Shown one piece after another: positions 30,801 to 41,875 of a stretch of DNA of 64,000 bases. Numbering within the stretch: position 1 is the stretch's first letter; each line of letters opens with the position of its first letter. Below the pieces are notes generated by a model. The model had not been told where the DNA came from. It saw only the letters and a program-made list of their open reading frames with translations, and ran no database searches. The position numbers were made by a program, and so were the translations under genes. This DNA is from an uncultured Bacilli bacterium (GTDB lineage: Bacteria > Bacillota_I > Bacilli_A > RF39 > UBA660), in NCBI GenBank assembly GCA_944332435.1, contig CALVJW010000001.1, forward strand, positions 16,370-80,369, in the 5' to 3' direction.

Positions 30801-31086
30801 GACAGGACTTAATTTAACAAGTGCTGATGTGGTAATACATTTTGATCCATGGTGGAACCCTCAAGTAGAAAATCAAGCGACTGATCGGACTCATCGCATT
30901 GGTCAAAAAAATGTAGTTGAAGTATTGAAATTTATTACCAAAGGGACAATTGAAGAAAAAATATTAGAATTACAAGAAAAGAAAAAAAGATTAAGTGAAC
31001 AAGTTATCGAGGGAAAAGAACGCAGTGAATTAGTTCTTTCTAAATTAGATGAAGAAGAACTACGTGAACTTTTAGAATTATCATAA
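27877..31086 (+). CDS. SNF2-family helicase with an N-terminal SWIM zinc finger (YwqA/RapA-like)
   Basis: SWIM CSCHDFNEQEYCPHIALV. Helicase motifs LADEMGLGKS, DEAQAIKN, LTGTPIEN, QATDRTHRIGQ. Confidence 0.9.
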   Translation: MANLARIEDIIEVVGMTNYIKSLELPEHQLKYTGYIIDDANQAVLNFKYIYSQEQVYLQKVAISKNRKLTFIQCSCHDFNEQEYCPHIALVIKFLFEQKEMINEIVDSLKTEQDNTFNQYLFSQFIKEKNQKQPITLEIILKKEYYYHQENGTYLLQLKIGQEKLYQLNSQLRYFLQNYHDPEFEWEFGKYFTYQSKIHYFKENDEKILSFLSAYYSTKNPYESYYDNKILLSESLVKQFFPLLKQHDFYIQTGLLTEHYSKIRTDFKLESELKEENEEIELVLPNLNIEALTSDYTYIKYQNHIYALEEESAKLLSILVTNKRKNIVFKKEEYEQFGKLILPVIKKMDQGVKIDHKIKEQFLDTPLIPKFYINAKDQAICAKIMLTYQDKEINLLEKNNKIGDHFIVRNSSLEQTYIDALIDYGFTCNQKEQEFVLTEVDHIATFLEYGLDALCHKYQVFVSKEVKNKRIMKTVYVKSSFEIGKDNILSYQFDCNQVPKEELYQLLVSIKENKKYYQLKNGDILSLRDSDLETFTYLVDSFDLTEEELKKGNVFIEPYQLAKVEDVLEQEYVTYGMDVQTLLNRFHNYKNQKIIWDEESEKILREYQKDGVKFFVMLAECGFGGILADEMGLGKSLQTITYMKLQLQKNRDAKFLIVVPTSLIYNWENEIKKFAPELSYLIVNDKKNERVERLHKLDNVQIIITTYGLLRQDIELYENLSFHTCIIDEAQAIKNLTSQNAKAVKKIVATTKFALTGTPIENSILELWSIFDFVMPGFLKNSKQFKELYSVKKIEEHPERLDELKKQISPFILRRKKSDVLKDLPEKIENTVYIDLTEEQKKLYLAWLETTKEEIEKVVKDGNFEKSQILILSLLMKLRQICIEPRLIMENYKGESAKLVTLLDMLKQIIENGHKVLLFSQFPSALQFIKEAFDEEKITYYYLDGSTKSKTRMELVDKFNQDETNVFLISLKAGGTGLNLTSADVVIHFDPWWNPQVENQATDRTHRIGQKNVVEVLKFITKGTIEEKILELQEKKKRLSEQVIEGKERSELVLSKLDEEELRELLELS

Positions 31087-31088
31087 TA

Positions 31089-31115
31089 TTGGCACTAATC
31101 TATTGACAGTGCTAA
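31089..31115 (+). promoter_or_regulatory. CIRCE-like HrcA operator
   Basis: TTGGCACTA-N9-CAGTGCTAA against the consensus TTAGCACTC-N9-GAGTGCTAA (15/18). Overlaps TTGACA (31103-31108), 17 nt, TACAAT (31126-31131). Confidence 0.6.
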
Positions 31116-31229
31116 TGAATTGTGCTACAATGTAAGTGTAAGAGATAGGAAAGAATTCTTACAGGTATGAAGATTATATTTATGTGCTACCAAATTGGCA
31201 ACATGTAAAAAGAAAGGAAGTAGATATTT

Positions 31230-31649
31230 ATGATGATGATACCGAAAAGAAATGATTTTGACTTACTAGAAGATATGTTCTTTGATCCTTTTTTTAGAAC
31301 AAATGAAAATAAGATGATGAAAACAGATATTAAGGAACATGAAAACAGTTATACGATTGATGTTGATTTACCAGGTTATGATAAAGAAAATATTAAAGTA
31401 GCTATTGATGATGGGTATTTAACTGTTCATGCTACAATGGATAATTCAAATGAAGATACAGAAAAAGGAAAGTTTGTTCGAAGAGAACGTTATTTTGGAG
31501 AATGCTCTAGAAGTTTCTATGTTGGAGATAACATTGAAGTAGAAGACATTAAAGCTTCTTTTAAAAATGGTACTTTAACATTAGAAATTCCTAAGAAAGA
31601 AGAGAAAAAAGAACTTCCAGAAAAAAAATATGTACAAATTGAAGGATAA
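31230..31649 (+). CDS. Hsp20/alpha-crystallin small heat-shock protein
   Basis: 139 aa. DIKEHENSYTIDVDLPGYDKENIKV ... ASFKNGTLTLEIPK. Confidence 0.9.
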   Translation: MMMIPKRNDFDLLEDMFFDPFFRTNENKMMKTDIKEHENSYTIDVDLPGYDKENIKVAIDDGYLTVHATMDNSNEDTEKGKFVRRERYFGECSRSFYVGDNIEVEDIKASFKNGTLTLEIPKKEEKKELPEKKYVQIEG

Positions 31650-31800
31650 GGAAAAAGTCTAACGTAAAAGTTAGATTTTTTTTTATAAAAATAGCAATTG
31701 TTCTTAAAATTTATAGAATTACAGACTTGATTATGGTATTATACTTTTACAGGTTAATGGTTATAATATGTAATTATGATTGAAAAAGGAGATGTTTAGT

Positions 31801-32430
31801 ATGCAGCAGGAATTATTAAAACGCTGTCCTTGTTATTTAATACAATCAGGACATTTTAAAAATAATATTCATGATATTGAAGGAAGAAAGGATATTATAG
31901 AATTAAATTATATGGGCTCAGCTGAATTTGAAGGAGGAGAACTTTTTAATTCTACTAAGAGAATGCTTGTAAATATGGATTTTTATGATTTTTTTTCGTT
32001 TCCTAACTATGTAAATGAAAAAGAAGAATCATTAATGGTTTATGCGCCTAAAATGTATATAAATCATATTGCTAATATTGTAGATAGGCTTGCTAATAGT
32101 AGCTATGGTTTAAAAAAATATTGCACTTTAAACGATGTGATTCGTAATTATGATCAAATTTTTAAAACAAAAGATGATTTTTGGTGGGATATTGAAAATG
32201 ATTTTTATATATTTTTTGGTGAAAATCACGCACATTTAATAAAAGAAGCACAAATTAAAATGTTAGAAAATAAAAAAATAAAACTTGGAGATTGGGATGA
32301 ACTTGCAGAATATTATTTATTAAAAAATCCTGATTTAAGTGAAGAAGCAATACAATTTTTACAGCAAAAAAAATCTAATTCAATCAAAAGATATATAAAG
32401 AAAATAAGAGTACAAAGAATGAATAAATAA
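31801..32430 (+). CDS. Hypothetical protein
   Basis: ORF with ATG 31801 at good spacing from GGAG. No motif. Confidence 0.45.
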   Translation: MQQELLKRCPCYLIQSGHFKNNIHDIEGRKDIIELNYMGSAEFEGGELFNSTKRMLVNMDFYDFFSFPNYVNEKEESLMVYAPKMYINHIANIVDRLANSSYGLKKYCTLNDVIRNYDQIFKTKDDFWWDIENDFYIFFGENHAHLIKEAQIKMLENKKIKLGDWDELAEYYLLKNPDLSEEAIQFLQQKKSNSIKRYIKKIRVQRMNK

Positions 32431-32560
32431 TCATTTTGAAAACAGTGATGAAATTATGTATAAACTTAATAATAATGAATAAGAATTTCTATTGTAAAAA
32501 AATGAATTTTTTGAAACTTTTTTTTCATAATTTGGGATTATACTATTGTAGGTGATGAAA

Positions 32561-33112
32561 ATGATTGGTCAATCAAGCCTAAATGATTTTAATAGAATAT
32601 ATGATGAAACATATACTGATGTTATAAGATTTATAGTAGTTAAATGTTCTAATATTGATGATGTAAATGATATATTGAAAGAGACTTACTTAGAATTTTG
32701 GAAAATCTTACAAAAAAAGAAATTGGATGACAAAAATATAAAGAGTTATTTGTTTGGAATCGCTTTAAACAAAATACGGAAGCATCATAGTTTACTTTAT
32801 AAATTAAATACAATTTCTTTATTTCAAAAAGATGAACATGATAAAGAATTAATTGAATCTTTTTCATTAGATTTAACGATTGAAGATTTAATAATAAAAA
32901 AAGATGAGTGGAATCAAATTTGGCAATATATTAAAACTAAGAAAAATCAAAATATACCAAAGATATTTTATTTATATTATAAATTAGAGTTATCAATAAA
33001 AGATATATCGAAAGAACTAGGTAAAGGGGAATCATATGTAAAAAATTCGATTTATAGGACATTAAAAGAATTGAACTCAATTTTTGGAAAGGAGTCTGAT
33101 TTAAATGACTAA
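32561..33112 (+). CDS. ECF-type sigma-70 family RNA polymerase sigma factor
   Basis: Region 2 (ETYLEFWK) and the region 4 HTH LSIKDISKELGKGESYVKNSIYRTLKEL. Confidence 0.8.
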   Translation: MIGQSSLNDFNRIYDETYTDVIRFIVVKCSNIDDVNDILKETYLEFWKILQKKKLDDKNIKSYLFGIALNKIRKHHSLLYKLNTISLFQKDEHDKELIESFSLDLTIEDLIIKKDEWNQIWQYIKTKKNQNIPKIFYLYYKLELSIKDISKELGKGESYVKNSIYRTLKELNSIFGKESDLND

Positions 33113-33899
33113 TAAAGAGAATCTAAATAAAGCCATTGACAATGATTTTAATAAAAAGAGAAATTATTTAAAAATAGTGGAAAAACAAGAAAGAAAAAAA
33201 AGTATGAATAAAGTATTCAAGCATATATTTGCTCCAGTAATGGCACTTGTTGTCATAGTAGGAGGAATCGTATTATTTAATAGCCCTTCTAGTTATGTTT
33301 CAATTGATATTAACCCGAGTATCATGTTAACAGTAAATAAGTTAGATAAAGTAATTAAAGTTGATTCTTTAAATTCTGATGCAAAAAAAGTAATAGAAGG
33401 TATGAATCTATATGGAATGGATGTTAGTGACGCTACTATAAAAATAACTAGTAAAGCTACAGAATTAGGGTATATCGATAACGAGATAGATAATAATGTT
33501 GTATTAGTATCTACTTATTGTGATAATAGTAGGAAACAAGATAAATTGCAACAAAAACTTCATGAAAAATTGAACAAGAATTTAAATAGTAATGGAATTG
33601 GTGCTTTAATTATTGATATGGAATTAACTGAAGAAGATGCAAAAAAAGCAAATGAGTATGGTGTTTCAGAAGCAAAAATATTATTTGTAAATAAGGCAAT
33701 AGAAGAAAATCCTGAATTAAAATTTGAAGATTTAGTATATCTACCTGCTAGAGAAATAGCAAAGTATATTGATGAATATGAAAGTTTAAATATTGGTAAC
33801 CAACATCAAAACGTACAAGGTAACCAAAACAAAAATGGGCAAGGTAGTCAACATCAAAATGGAAAGAAAAATAAAGAAGCAAATAATCAAGATAATTAA
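33105..33899 (+). CDS. Anti-sigma factor candidate
   Basis: Overlaps the sigma gene by 8 nt. Single TM (FAPVMALVVIVGGIVLF), extracytoplasmic domain and Q/N-rich tail. Confidence 0.55.
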   Translation: MTNKENLNKAIDNDFNKKRNYLKIVEKQERKKSMNKVFKHIFAPVMALVVIVGGIVLFNSPSSYVSIDINPSIMLTVNKLDKVIKVDSLNSDAKKVIEGMNLYGMDVSDATIKITSKATELGYIDNEIDNNVVLVSTYCDNSRKQDKLQQKLHEKLNKNLNSNGIGALIIDMELTEEDAKKANEYGVSEAKILFVNKAIEENPELKFEDLVYLPAREIAKYIDEYESLNIGNQHQNVQGNQNKNGQGSQHQNGKKNKEANNQDN

Positions 33900-34088
33900 A
33901 ATTAATCGTTGTTAAACTGGCTATGATTTTAACTCTTTCTTTGTCAGATATTTTAGTCATAAAAGTAGAGTAGGATGAAAGAATGTACAGGTTTATCAAT
34001 TATTAGTTTTTAATAAAAATATATAAAAAATGGACAAAAACCCATGAGTAAGTGATATAATATTTTTACTAGATTTATGGAGGGGAAA

Positions 34089-34466
34089 ATGAAAACACTT
34101 AAAGTATATAGAGAAGATGTCATTACAATTGCTTTATTACTCAGAAAAAAATACGCAGGAACAGATATGGTTTCACTTAAAACAATTGAAGAATATGAAG
34201 AAATTATTAATTCTAATTTAGAGGGAACCGATTATCAGTGTAGACTTTATGCAATTTTTTCAGATTGCAAAATTTATTCTATCTTTCGAGATGAAAATGG
34301 CGAACTTTATGCTGTAATAACAGATTATGAAAAATTAGATAGAGCTGAAATGTTTTTTTATCGTATGCCGTCAGAACTTTATACTGCGATAAACGAAGAA
34401 AATGCGCTTTCTGTAATTAAATTAACTAGACAAAAAGATAGTATTAAACAAAAAAAGAAAATTTAA
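34089..34466 (+). CDS. Hypothetical protein
   Basis: ORF behind GGAGGGG. No motif. Confidence 0.4.
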   Translation: MKTLKVYREDVITIALLLRKKYAGTDMVSLKTIEEYEEIINSNLEGTDYQCRLYAIFSDCKIYSIFRDENGELYAVITDYEKLDRAEMFFYRMPSELYTAINEENALSVIKLTRQKDSIKQKKKI

Positions 34467-34577
34467 TTTTGTTTCGTCTTATGTCTTACTAAAGTTATAC
34501 TATATAAAGTTTCAAAAATTTTTTCTGTGTAAACCGTATTGGTGTAGCTAATAGCAGAGTGAGCACTATCATGAAAT

Positions 34578-34619
34578 TTAAAATCGAGCAATTAAAATCT
34601 GCTCGATTTTTTCTATATA
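34578..34619 (+). repeat. 42-nt conserved terminator hairpin, copy 1
   Basis: TTAAAATCGAGCA-loop-TGCTCGATTTTTTCTATATA. 39/42 identical to 37841..37882, with all differences in the loop. Confidence 0.7.
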
Positions 34620-34711
34620 CTATTATTACCATAAATATAAATAATTCATTATAATAATTCTAAAAAATAGTCAGCAGTAATTGACTAGCTGACTATGGTA
34701 TAGCATAAAAT

Positions 34712-35515
34712 CTACAAATTGATTAGTCTCTTTAGCATAATGTTTATATTTCTACATTGTTCTTCTCTTAATTTAACTCTTTGAGAACTAGATAATGGTA
34801 CATAGTCTTTCATGTGACAATAATATAAATCTTTCATTTGAAGAGAAGTGGAAGGATATATTTCTCCTTCTAACCAACCATCTTTATATAAATCATCTTT
34901 TGACATTTTAAAAGTCAAGTAAGTTGATAAATCATTAGCTTTTGCTACTTTTTCATTTAGTTTTCCAATATTATATATAGTAGGAGCTATTAAACGAATA
35001 ATATCTTCCTCTAAAATATTACCATTTGCATCTAATTGAATATCAAGATCAGTAAGTAAGTCTTGTATTGATTTTGTATCTTTATTTCCAATTTTCTCTA
35101 TTACACTTAATAATAAAAGAATTTTATTTCTTACAATATTTGAATGAGTAATAAAATATTCTAAAGAATATGGTTCAGAATAATATCTTCTAGCACTTAA
35201 TTCATCACAAAATTCTTTTGTGCGAGCTTCTATATCCTCAATAGTTAATTTAATAAGATTCTGGGGTCTTTTTGGTTTTGGAGTTTCGACTCTCTTTTTT
35301 AATTCTGAATCTTCTTCTTCAAATTTCTTGTCTAAAAACTTTATTATTTGTTCCTTAGTAACAACAATTTGAGTATTGTCAATTGCCTTTTTAATATCTT
35401 CAAATTTAGTATCAAAAATACTTTCTAAAATTGTTATCATAAATTTAGCATCATGGTATTGATAACTTGTATTTTCAAAATATGAATCAAAGTTTAAATT
35501 TTCCGTATTTTTCAT
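34712..35515 (-). CDS. Hypothetical protein
   Basis: 267-aa ORF. No motif. Confidence 0.45.
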   Translation of the reverse strand: MKNTENLNFDSYFENTSYQYHDAKFMITILESIFDTKFEDIKKAIDNTQIVVTKEQIIKFLDKKFEEEDSELKKRVETPKPKRPQNLIKLTIEDIEARTKEFCDELSARRYYSEPYSLEYFITHSNIVRNKILLLLSVIEKIGNKDTKSIQDLLTDLDIQLDANGNILEEDIIRLIAPTIYNIGKLNEKVAKANDLSTYLTFKMSKDDLYKDGWLEGEIYPSTSLQMKDLYYCHMKDYVPLSSSQRVKLREEQCRNINIMLKRLINL

Positions 35516-35895
35516 ATAAAATTCACCTCTGTTTATCTGTATTATAAACTACTTTCCATTGTTTTATAATAGCAGTTGCTATAGAATAGTAGGTATTCCT
35601 TTAGTTAGAAGAATAGTTTATTCTACACATAAACTTATGTATAAAGATGTTTTTATTGTACAGAAAATGCAAGAGGTTATTTTTTGTGCAAATGAAAACT
35701 CCAACTACAAAAGTTAGAGTATCAATTAATTTGGTGCCCTTATGGTGAAAGTATAATAATCACTAAGCATAAATTTATAGGTAGTAATAACTACTAACTA
35801 TATTTAGTATACACTATTTTTGCTAATTTGATTTTTTTATTTTAAATTAGCAAAAAAAAATGATATAATCAATAATAGAAGGGAATGAGTAAAGT

Positions 35896-36465
35896 ATGAT
35901 TATTGATTTAAAACATAAAAACAATTTATCTTTTGAGGTATATGTTAATAAGCAAAAAAAGTATATTGCTACTGGAAATCTAGACTGCCTAAAAATTAAA
36001 GGACATCAAGTCTTAAATAAATTTACCTTAAATGATGAACAAGGACAAGAATTTAATTTTGATAACATTAATATCAAAAAAGTAAAAAAGGGATTATTTT
36101 TTAAATATTTTTCATTAGAATATGAAAATAAAATATATAATGTGTATGATGTTGGCAACGGATTTGTTGCACATTACATGGTGTATGATAACGATAAACA
36201 AATCTCTGAAATAGTTAATACTGCTAAAAATATTGAAATTCAAACAAAAGGATATATTTTAGACGATTATAAATATTTAGAATTACCAATTATTTATTTA
36301 ATGTTACATTATTGTGCATTTTACTTTAAAACATGTTCGAGAGATACTTCTTGTACCATATATTCAAAAACATATTCAAAAAATAATAAATTTTATAATA
36401 AAGAATGGATAAAGAACAATTTTAATGATTTAATTTTTTTTGAAGATGTAAATAATAGCAAATAA
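35896..36465 (+). CDS. Hypothetical protein
   Basis: 189-aa ORF. No motif. Confidence 0.45.
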   Translation: MIIDLKHKNNLSFEVYVNKQKKYIATGNLDCLKIKGHQVLNKFTLNDEQGQEFNFDNINIKKVKKGLFFKYFSLEYENKIYNVYDVGNGFVAHYMVYDNDKQISEIVNTAKNIEIQTKGYILDDYKYLELPIIYLMLHYCAFYFKTCSRDTSCTIYSKTYSKNNKFYNKEWIKNNFNDLIFFEDVNNSK

Positions 36466-36538
36466 AAATACGTAATTATAAAATTAATTTAGAAATAATG
36501 TAATTATAAAAAAGAAAACAATATTAAGTTTCGTATTC

Positions 36539-37120
36539 ATGCTGTTTGTATTAGCATTACTAACAGGATGTACAATATCAAAAGAAGAAAAACAAAAAAG
36601 AGAAGAATATTTTGCCTAAGCAAAAGAAAATACAATTAAATATATTAAAAGTAAATATGGTTTTACTCCAGAAATTGAAACTACTAAATGTACATTTGAT
36701 AATTCTGATAGTTTTAGCAGTTGTAATGAAGAAATTATTGTTAATGCAAAATATAATAATAAATGGTTTGAAGTGATTATTGATGGTGCACAACAAACTG
36801 AAAAAGGTATTGACAATTATCAATATGATTTAATTACAGACGATTTAATAAAATTTATTAACAATGATTTTGTAACATCATATAAATATCAATTTTATTA
36901 TGGCTCATATTCAGTGGATATTGAAGGCTTGATAGATATATATTAGGATGGTAATAATTTTAAAAATTTACAAAACAAATTAACTTCTATTGATTATTCA
37001 ATATTTAAAAAGTTATATATTGTTAATTATAAATCATTAGATTCATACAAAAAGTTTCAAAAAATGATTATTGTGTACTTTGTTCGTCGGGTGGTTCTTA
37101 TTTTGAAGAATATTTTTATG
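36539..37120 (+). pseudogene. Lipoprotein pseudogene
   Basis: MLFVLALLTGCT lipobox. In-frame TAA at 36617 and TAG at 36944. The frame keeps reading as protein-like sequence after each stop. Confidence 0.4.
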
Positions 37121-37148
37121 ATATATTTAGTAAAAGGAGATGATATTT

Positions 37149-37637
37149 ATGTCTTATGAAGAAAGACTAAAAAAAATAAGTGGGAATGATCCTTATTGGT
37201 TTCAGCGAATAGATAAATTTATTCTTGAAAATTTTGACGATAAAGATTTAGGACTTATACAAATAGAAAATTTAATGGATGATAAAGAATCTTTTAATGA
37301 GTTTACTAAAATGTTAAATTATACTAAAGATGAGGATTTAGGTAATATAATAGAGCAAGTTAAAGGGTTAAATTTATCATTTAAATATTCACAAGATGAA
37401 TTAAAAGATTTTTTTTACCATCAAATGAACGAAAATGAATTACAAAAAATAAATAATTTAAATTTAAGAGAAGTTATTTCTAAACTTGAAACAGACAAAT
37501 ATAAAATAAAATATATAGATAATGTTGGATATATTGATATCGGCGAGGGATATTTGATATTAGCTGATGGTACTGAACCAACACATTATTTTGCTAAAAT
37601 ATTTACTGATGCTGATTTTTTAGAAAACAAATATTAA
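37149..37637 (+). CDS. Hypothetical protein
   Basis: ORF with ATG 9 nt after AAGGAG. Confidence 0.45.
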   Translation: MSYEERLKKISGNDPYWFQRIDKFILENFDDKDLGLIQIENLMDDKESFNEFTKMLNYTKDEDLGNIIEQVKGLNLSFKYSQDELKDFFYHQMNENELQKINNLNLREVISKLETDKYKIKYIDNVGYIDIGEGYLILADGTEPTHYFAKIFTDADFLENKY

Positions 37638-37840
37638 ACAATTATAAAGAAAAAAATTAATTTATTATATGTTAATTAGCAACAAACAATTTTGAATTCA
37701 TATAAACATAATTTTGTTTGGTACTAAACCTTGATAAAATTATGTTTTGCAAAAAGGAGTTAAAAAGTGAGTTTTCTTTTTTCTCACCGTTATTGGCTTT
37801 ACCAATAGCGTAGTGTATTACTATAATGGAATTATAGTCT

Positions 37841-37882
37841 TTAAAATCGAGCACTTGAAATTTGCTCGATTTTTTCTATATA
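37841..37882 (+). repeat. 42-nt conserved terminator hairpin, copy 2
   Basis: See 34578..34619. About 150 nt upstream of both copies are also similar. Confidence 0.7.
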
Positions 37883-38441
37883 CCAATATCTCTATCATCA
37901 TAATCTTTAGAATACAAATAATCATTGATTTTTTGTTCTTTAGAAGTATCATTTGCTATATCATGCAAATCAAAATTATCATATAAATCTTATGCATAAT
38001 ATTTTTTTATATCTGATATAACATCATCTTTATCTTTTTCAGTTCCAATTTTAAGTAATCTATGAAAAAATTGTTTTAGAGTTTGTAAAATGTTATGGAT
38101 TAAGTTATGAAGTCTGCTATTTTCTTCTTGTAATTTCTCATTTTGTTATTCTTGCTTTTTAACTTCAACTTGAGTATTTCTTTTTTTGTTTTCTAAATCT
38201 TTGAATTTTATCTTTTTATTATAGACATTAATAAAAAAATATCACATTCTTCAAATATTGAATAATTATTATTTTTAATTTTTAATATATGTGGCTTTAC
38301 ATAAGAAATATTTGTTTCTTTAATACTTTTAATAGTTTCATTTTTAAATGTAAATTTAACATTTGCAAACCTGCATACCGTTTCAATCTTTCTTTTTAGT
38401 TCTTCACGTATCTTTAATTCTTTAGTTTCTATTGTTAACAT
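37876..38441 (-). pseudogene. Decayed gene (frameshift plus two in-frame TAA), coiled-coil-rich
   Basis: The 77-aa ORF 38208..38441 continues after a frameshift as NKKIKFKDLENKK...QE*QNEKLQEENSRLHNL...KKYYA*DLYDNFDL.... Confidence 0.4.
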
Positions 38442-38844
38442 ATATAATTACTCTAATTTTCTTAAATAACAAAAAAACTAACATTTCTGTTAGTAATTTA
38501 TTACTCTCAAAAATATAAAAGCTCGAGTTTCCTATCAATCTGGTGCGTGAGATAACCACGTTTGGAAATCGCAATAAAGGTTAATTTCTAAAGTAATTAG
38601 AGCATATTTAGTTATATATTAAAAGATTATTAACATAAATATTAGTATAAAATGTAACAATTTATGGTCAAGTTAAAAAAAATAATTTATATTTCAATAC
38701 ATTTTTCAAAATTTTTTCATTAAAACTTTTGTTGCTGACTATAATATTATTTATGTTACTATAAATATAATTTTATTAAAACATGTTAAAAAATTTAAAA
38801 AATTGTAGTATAATAAGTGCTATAAACAAAAGGAGGCTTTATAT

Positions 38845-39672
38845 ATGGCAAAAAAAGAAGAAATAGAGTTATCTCCAATCGAAACTACTGCTTATTGGTG
38901 GATTAATTTAATGAGATATAGAGTGAGAGAAATAGCAACTAGTGGAGCTAGAGATAGAAATGAAGCTAAATTTGCAGAAATTTTCTATAGTTTTACCGAA
39001 ATAGATTGGCGAAAAGTATATTTAGAATTAATAAAATATATATCTAAAGATGTAGACAGATATATCCCTAAAAATCATTCAGATGCCTTTAGTCAAGATA
39101 CTGATATAGAAGGGCATAAAATACTTAATGATGAGATATCTAAAATAATCGGTCAACAAATTCCTGATATCCGTCTTGCTAGTAATGGCGTAAAAGATTC
39201 AGTTATTTATACAACCGTATCTGTTGTAAGCGTTTGGTATAAATCTTGTGGAGTAAATAAATTATCAACAAAATATGAACCGAGTTATGTTTTAACAGGA
39301 GATCGTAATAGTTTAGATTTTTATAATTTACTTATTTCAACAATAGCAGTTTTAAATAAAACTGATAGTAGTTTCAAATCTGTTTCTACTCTTAGAGAAA
39401 GATTTTGTAGAGAATATATAAAATTATCTGAATTAGAAGAAACTTTTGATGATGTTGTTGAAAGATTTAATTATGCTTTTAATAAAGCTAGTGATAATGG
39501 AATAATCTTAGGCCGATCTTACAATGAAATGTATTTTCCTTCTTTTCGAGATATAGACTATATTGGATTAGACTCTTATATTGATTTGGCAAACCATTAT
39601 GCAAATGTTATACTTCAAAAAACTAAAGATGGTGATAAAACACCTTTTTGTAAAATACTTAAAAAGAACTAA
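38845..39672 (+). CDS. Hypothetical protein
   Basis: 275-aa ORF behind AAAGGAGG. No motif. Confidence 0.5.
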   Translation: MAKKEEIELSPIETTAYWWINLMRYRVREIATSGARDRNEAKFAEIFYSFTEIDWRKVYLELIKYISKDVDRYIPKNHSDAFSQDTDIEGHKILNDEISKIIGQQIPDIRLASNGVKDSVIYTTVSVVSVWYKSCGVNKLSTKYEPSYVLTGDRNSLDFYNLLISTIAVLNKTDSSFKSVSTLRERFCREYIKLSELEETFDDVVERFNYAFNKASDNGIILGRSYNEMYFPSFRDIDYIGLDSYIDLANHYANVILQKTKDGDKTPFCKILKKN

Positions 39673-39997
39673 TAATATTTCAATGAAAGTGTTAAGTTTT
39701 TAACATCAATAGAAATGAGAAACAAATTATTAAACGTAAAAAATAATTCAGTTAAGACTAAACATATTTAATTTATGTACATTTTTGTGTACATATTTTT
39801 TTAAATTTTCTTAAAATTTGTGTACATACTCAAGGAACAAAAAAACAGGATAAGTGTGTCTGACAAAACAACTCCCAAGTGGGGAGTAAAACCTATTTAT
39901 AATGGCTTGTAATCTTTTTTATTGTCCGACAATTTTATTACTGTCTGACTTATGTCATACAATATTTTTAATAAATATACCTAAAAAAGCCCATTCG

Positions 39998-41226
<1,229 letters not shown>

Positions 41227-41694
41227 TTAAAACTCTTTTCATAATTTTTGCATTTTACTACATTTTAACGTATCTAGTATTAAATACAATAAACTAAATA
41301 ACATTTTTAAAGTATTTCAAAACTATATTAATTAATTTTATTTACTTTTATGTATTTTTCTAATTCATTTAATGATATAGATTGTTCAAGGGTATTAATA
41401 TAAACATTTTCACAATTATTAAAGAATAAATAAGTTATTTCATTAATAACTAATTTATGTGGTTCAATATAAACAAGATTAGTTTTTGATATATGAATAA
41501 TATTTCCATTTATAAATTTTGATTTAATATTTAAAAACTTAAGTTATTTATTAATTCTTTTGTTTAAAATTTCATCAATCTCTAATTTTTCCTTTGTTAT
41601 TTGTATAACTAATCAACTCCTTTCGAGCAAACAAAAAAAGGTTAACCGAAATTAACCTCTATGTATAAGTCGATTAGTTCGACTAATTTCCCTA

Positions 41695-41768
41695 TGGTGC
41701 CGAATGGTTGAATTGAACAACCCTCTGATGCTTACCATGCATCTGTTTTACCACTAAACTAAATCGGC
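41695..41768 (-). tRNA. tRNA-Thr (anticodon GGT)
   Basis: 74 nt. GCCGATT acceptor, anticodon loop ATGGTAA, T-arm GGTTG-TTCAATT-CAACC, encoded ACCA. One U-U mismatch at 6:67. Confidence 0.82.
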
Positions 41769-41875
41769 ATTAATTAAGACAATCTAAGTTTATCATGAAT
41801 GCTTTTGTTCTGTCAATTATAAATTTTTCTTTTTGTAAGAAATAGTGTATAATATAACAACTAAGAGGTGGTTAT

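Noticed and set aside
36578-36823. Two overlapping minus-strand ORFs (81 and 66 aa)
   Set aside because: The plus strand here reads as a lipoprotein pseudogene with a clean lipobox. The minus frames are Phe/Ile-rich shadows.
38541-38560. tRNA-like 3' end on the minus strand (CGTG-gttatct-CACG-CACCA), considered as an att scar. It lies just upstream of an orphan minus-strand terminator (38470-38494).
   Set aside because: The stem is only 4 bp, the loop lacks the TTCRANT T-loop signature, and there is no matching tRNA in the window. This cannot be distinguished from chance.
39776-39828. CRISPR-like repeats
   Set aside because: There are only 2-3 copies of a 12-mer, with irregular spacing and no cas genes. 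No CRISPR array exists anywhere in the window.
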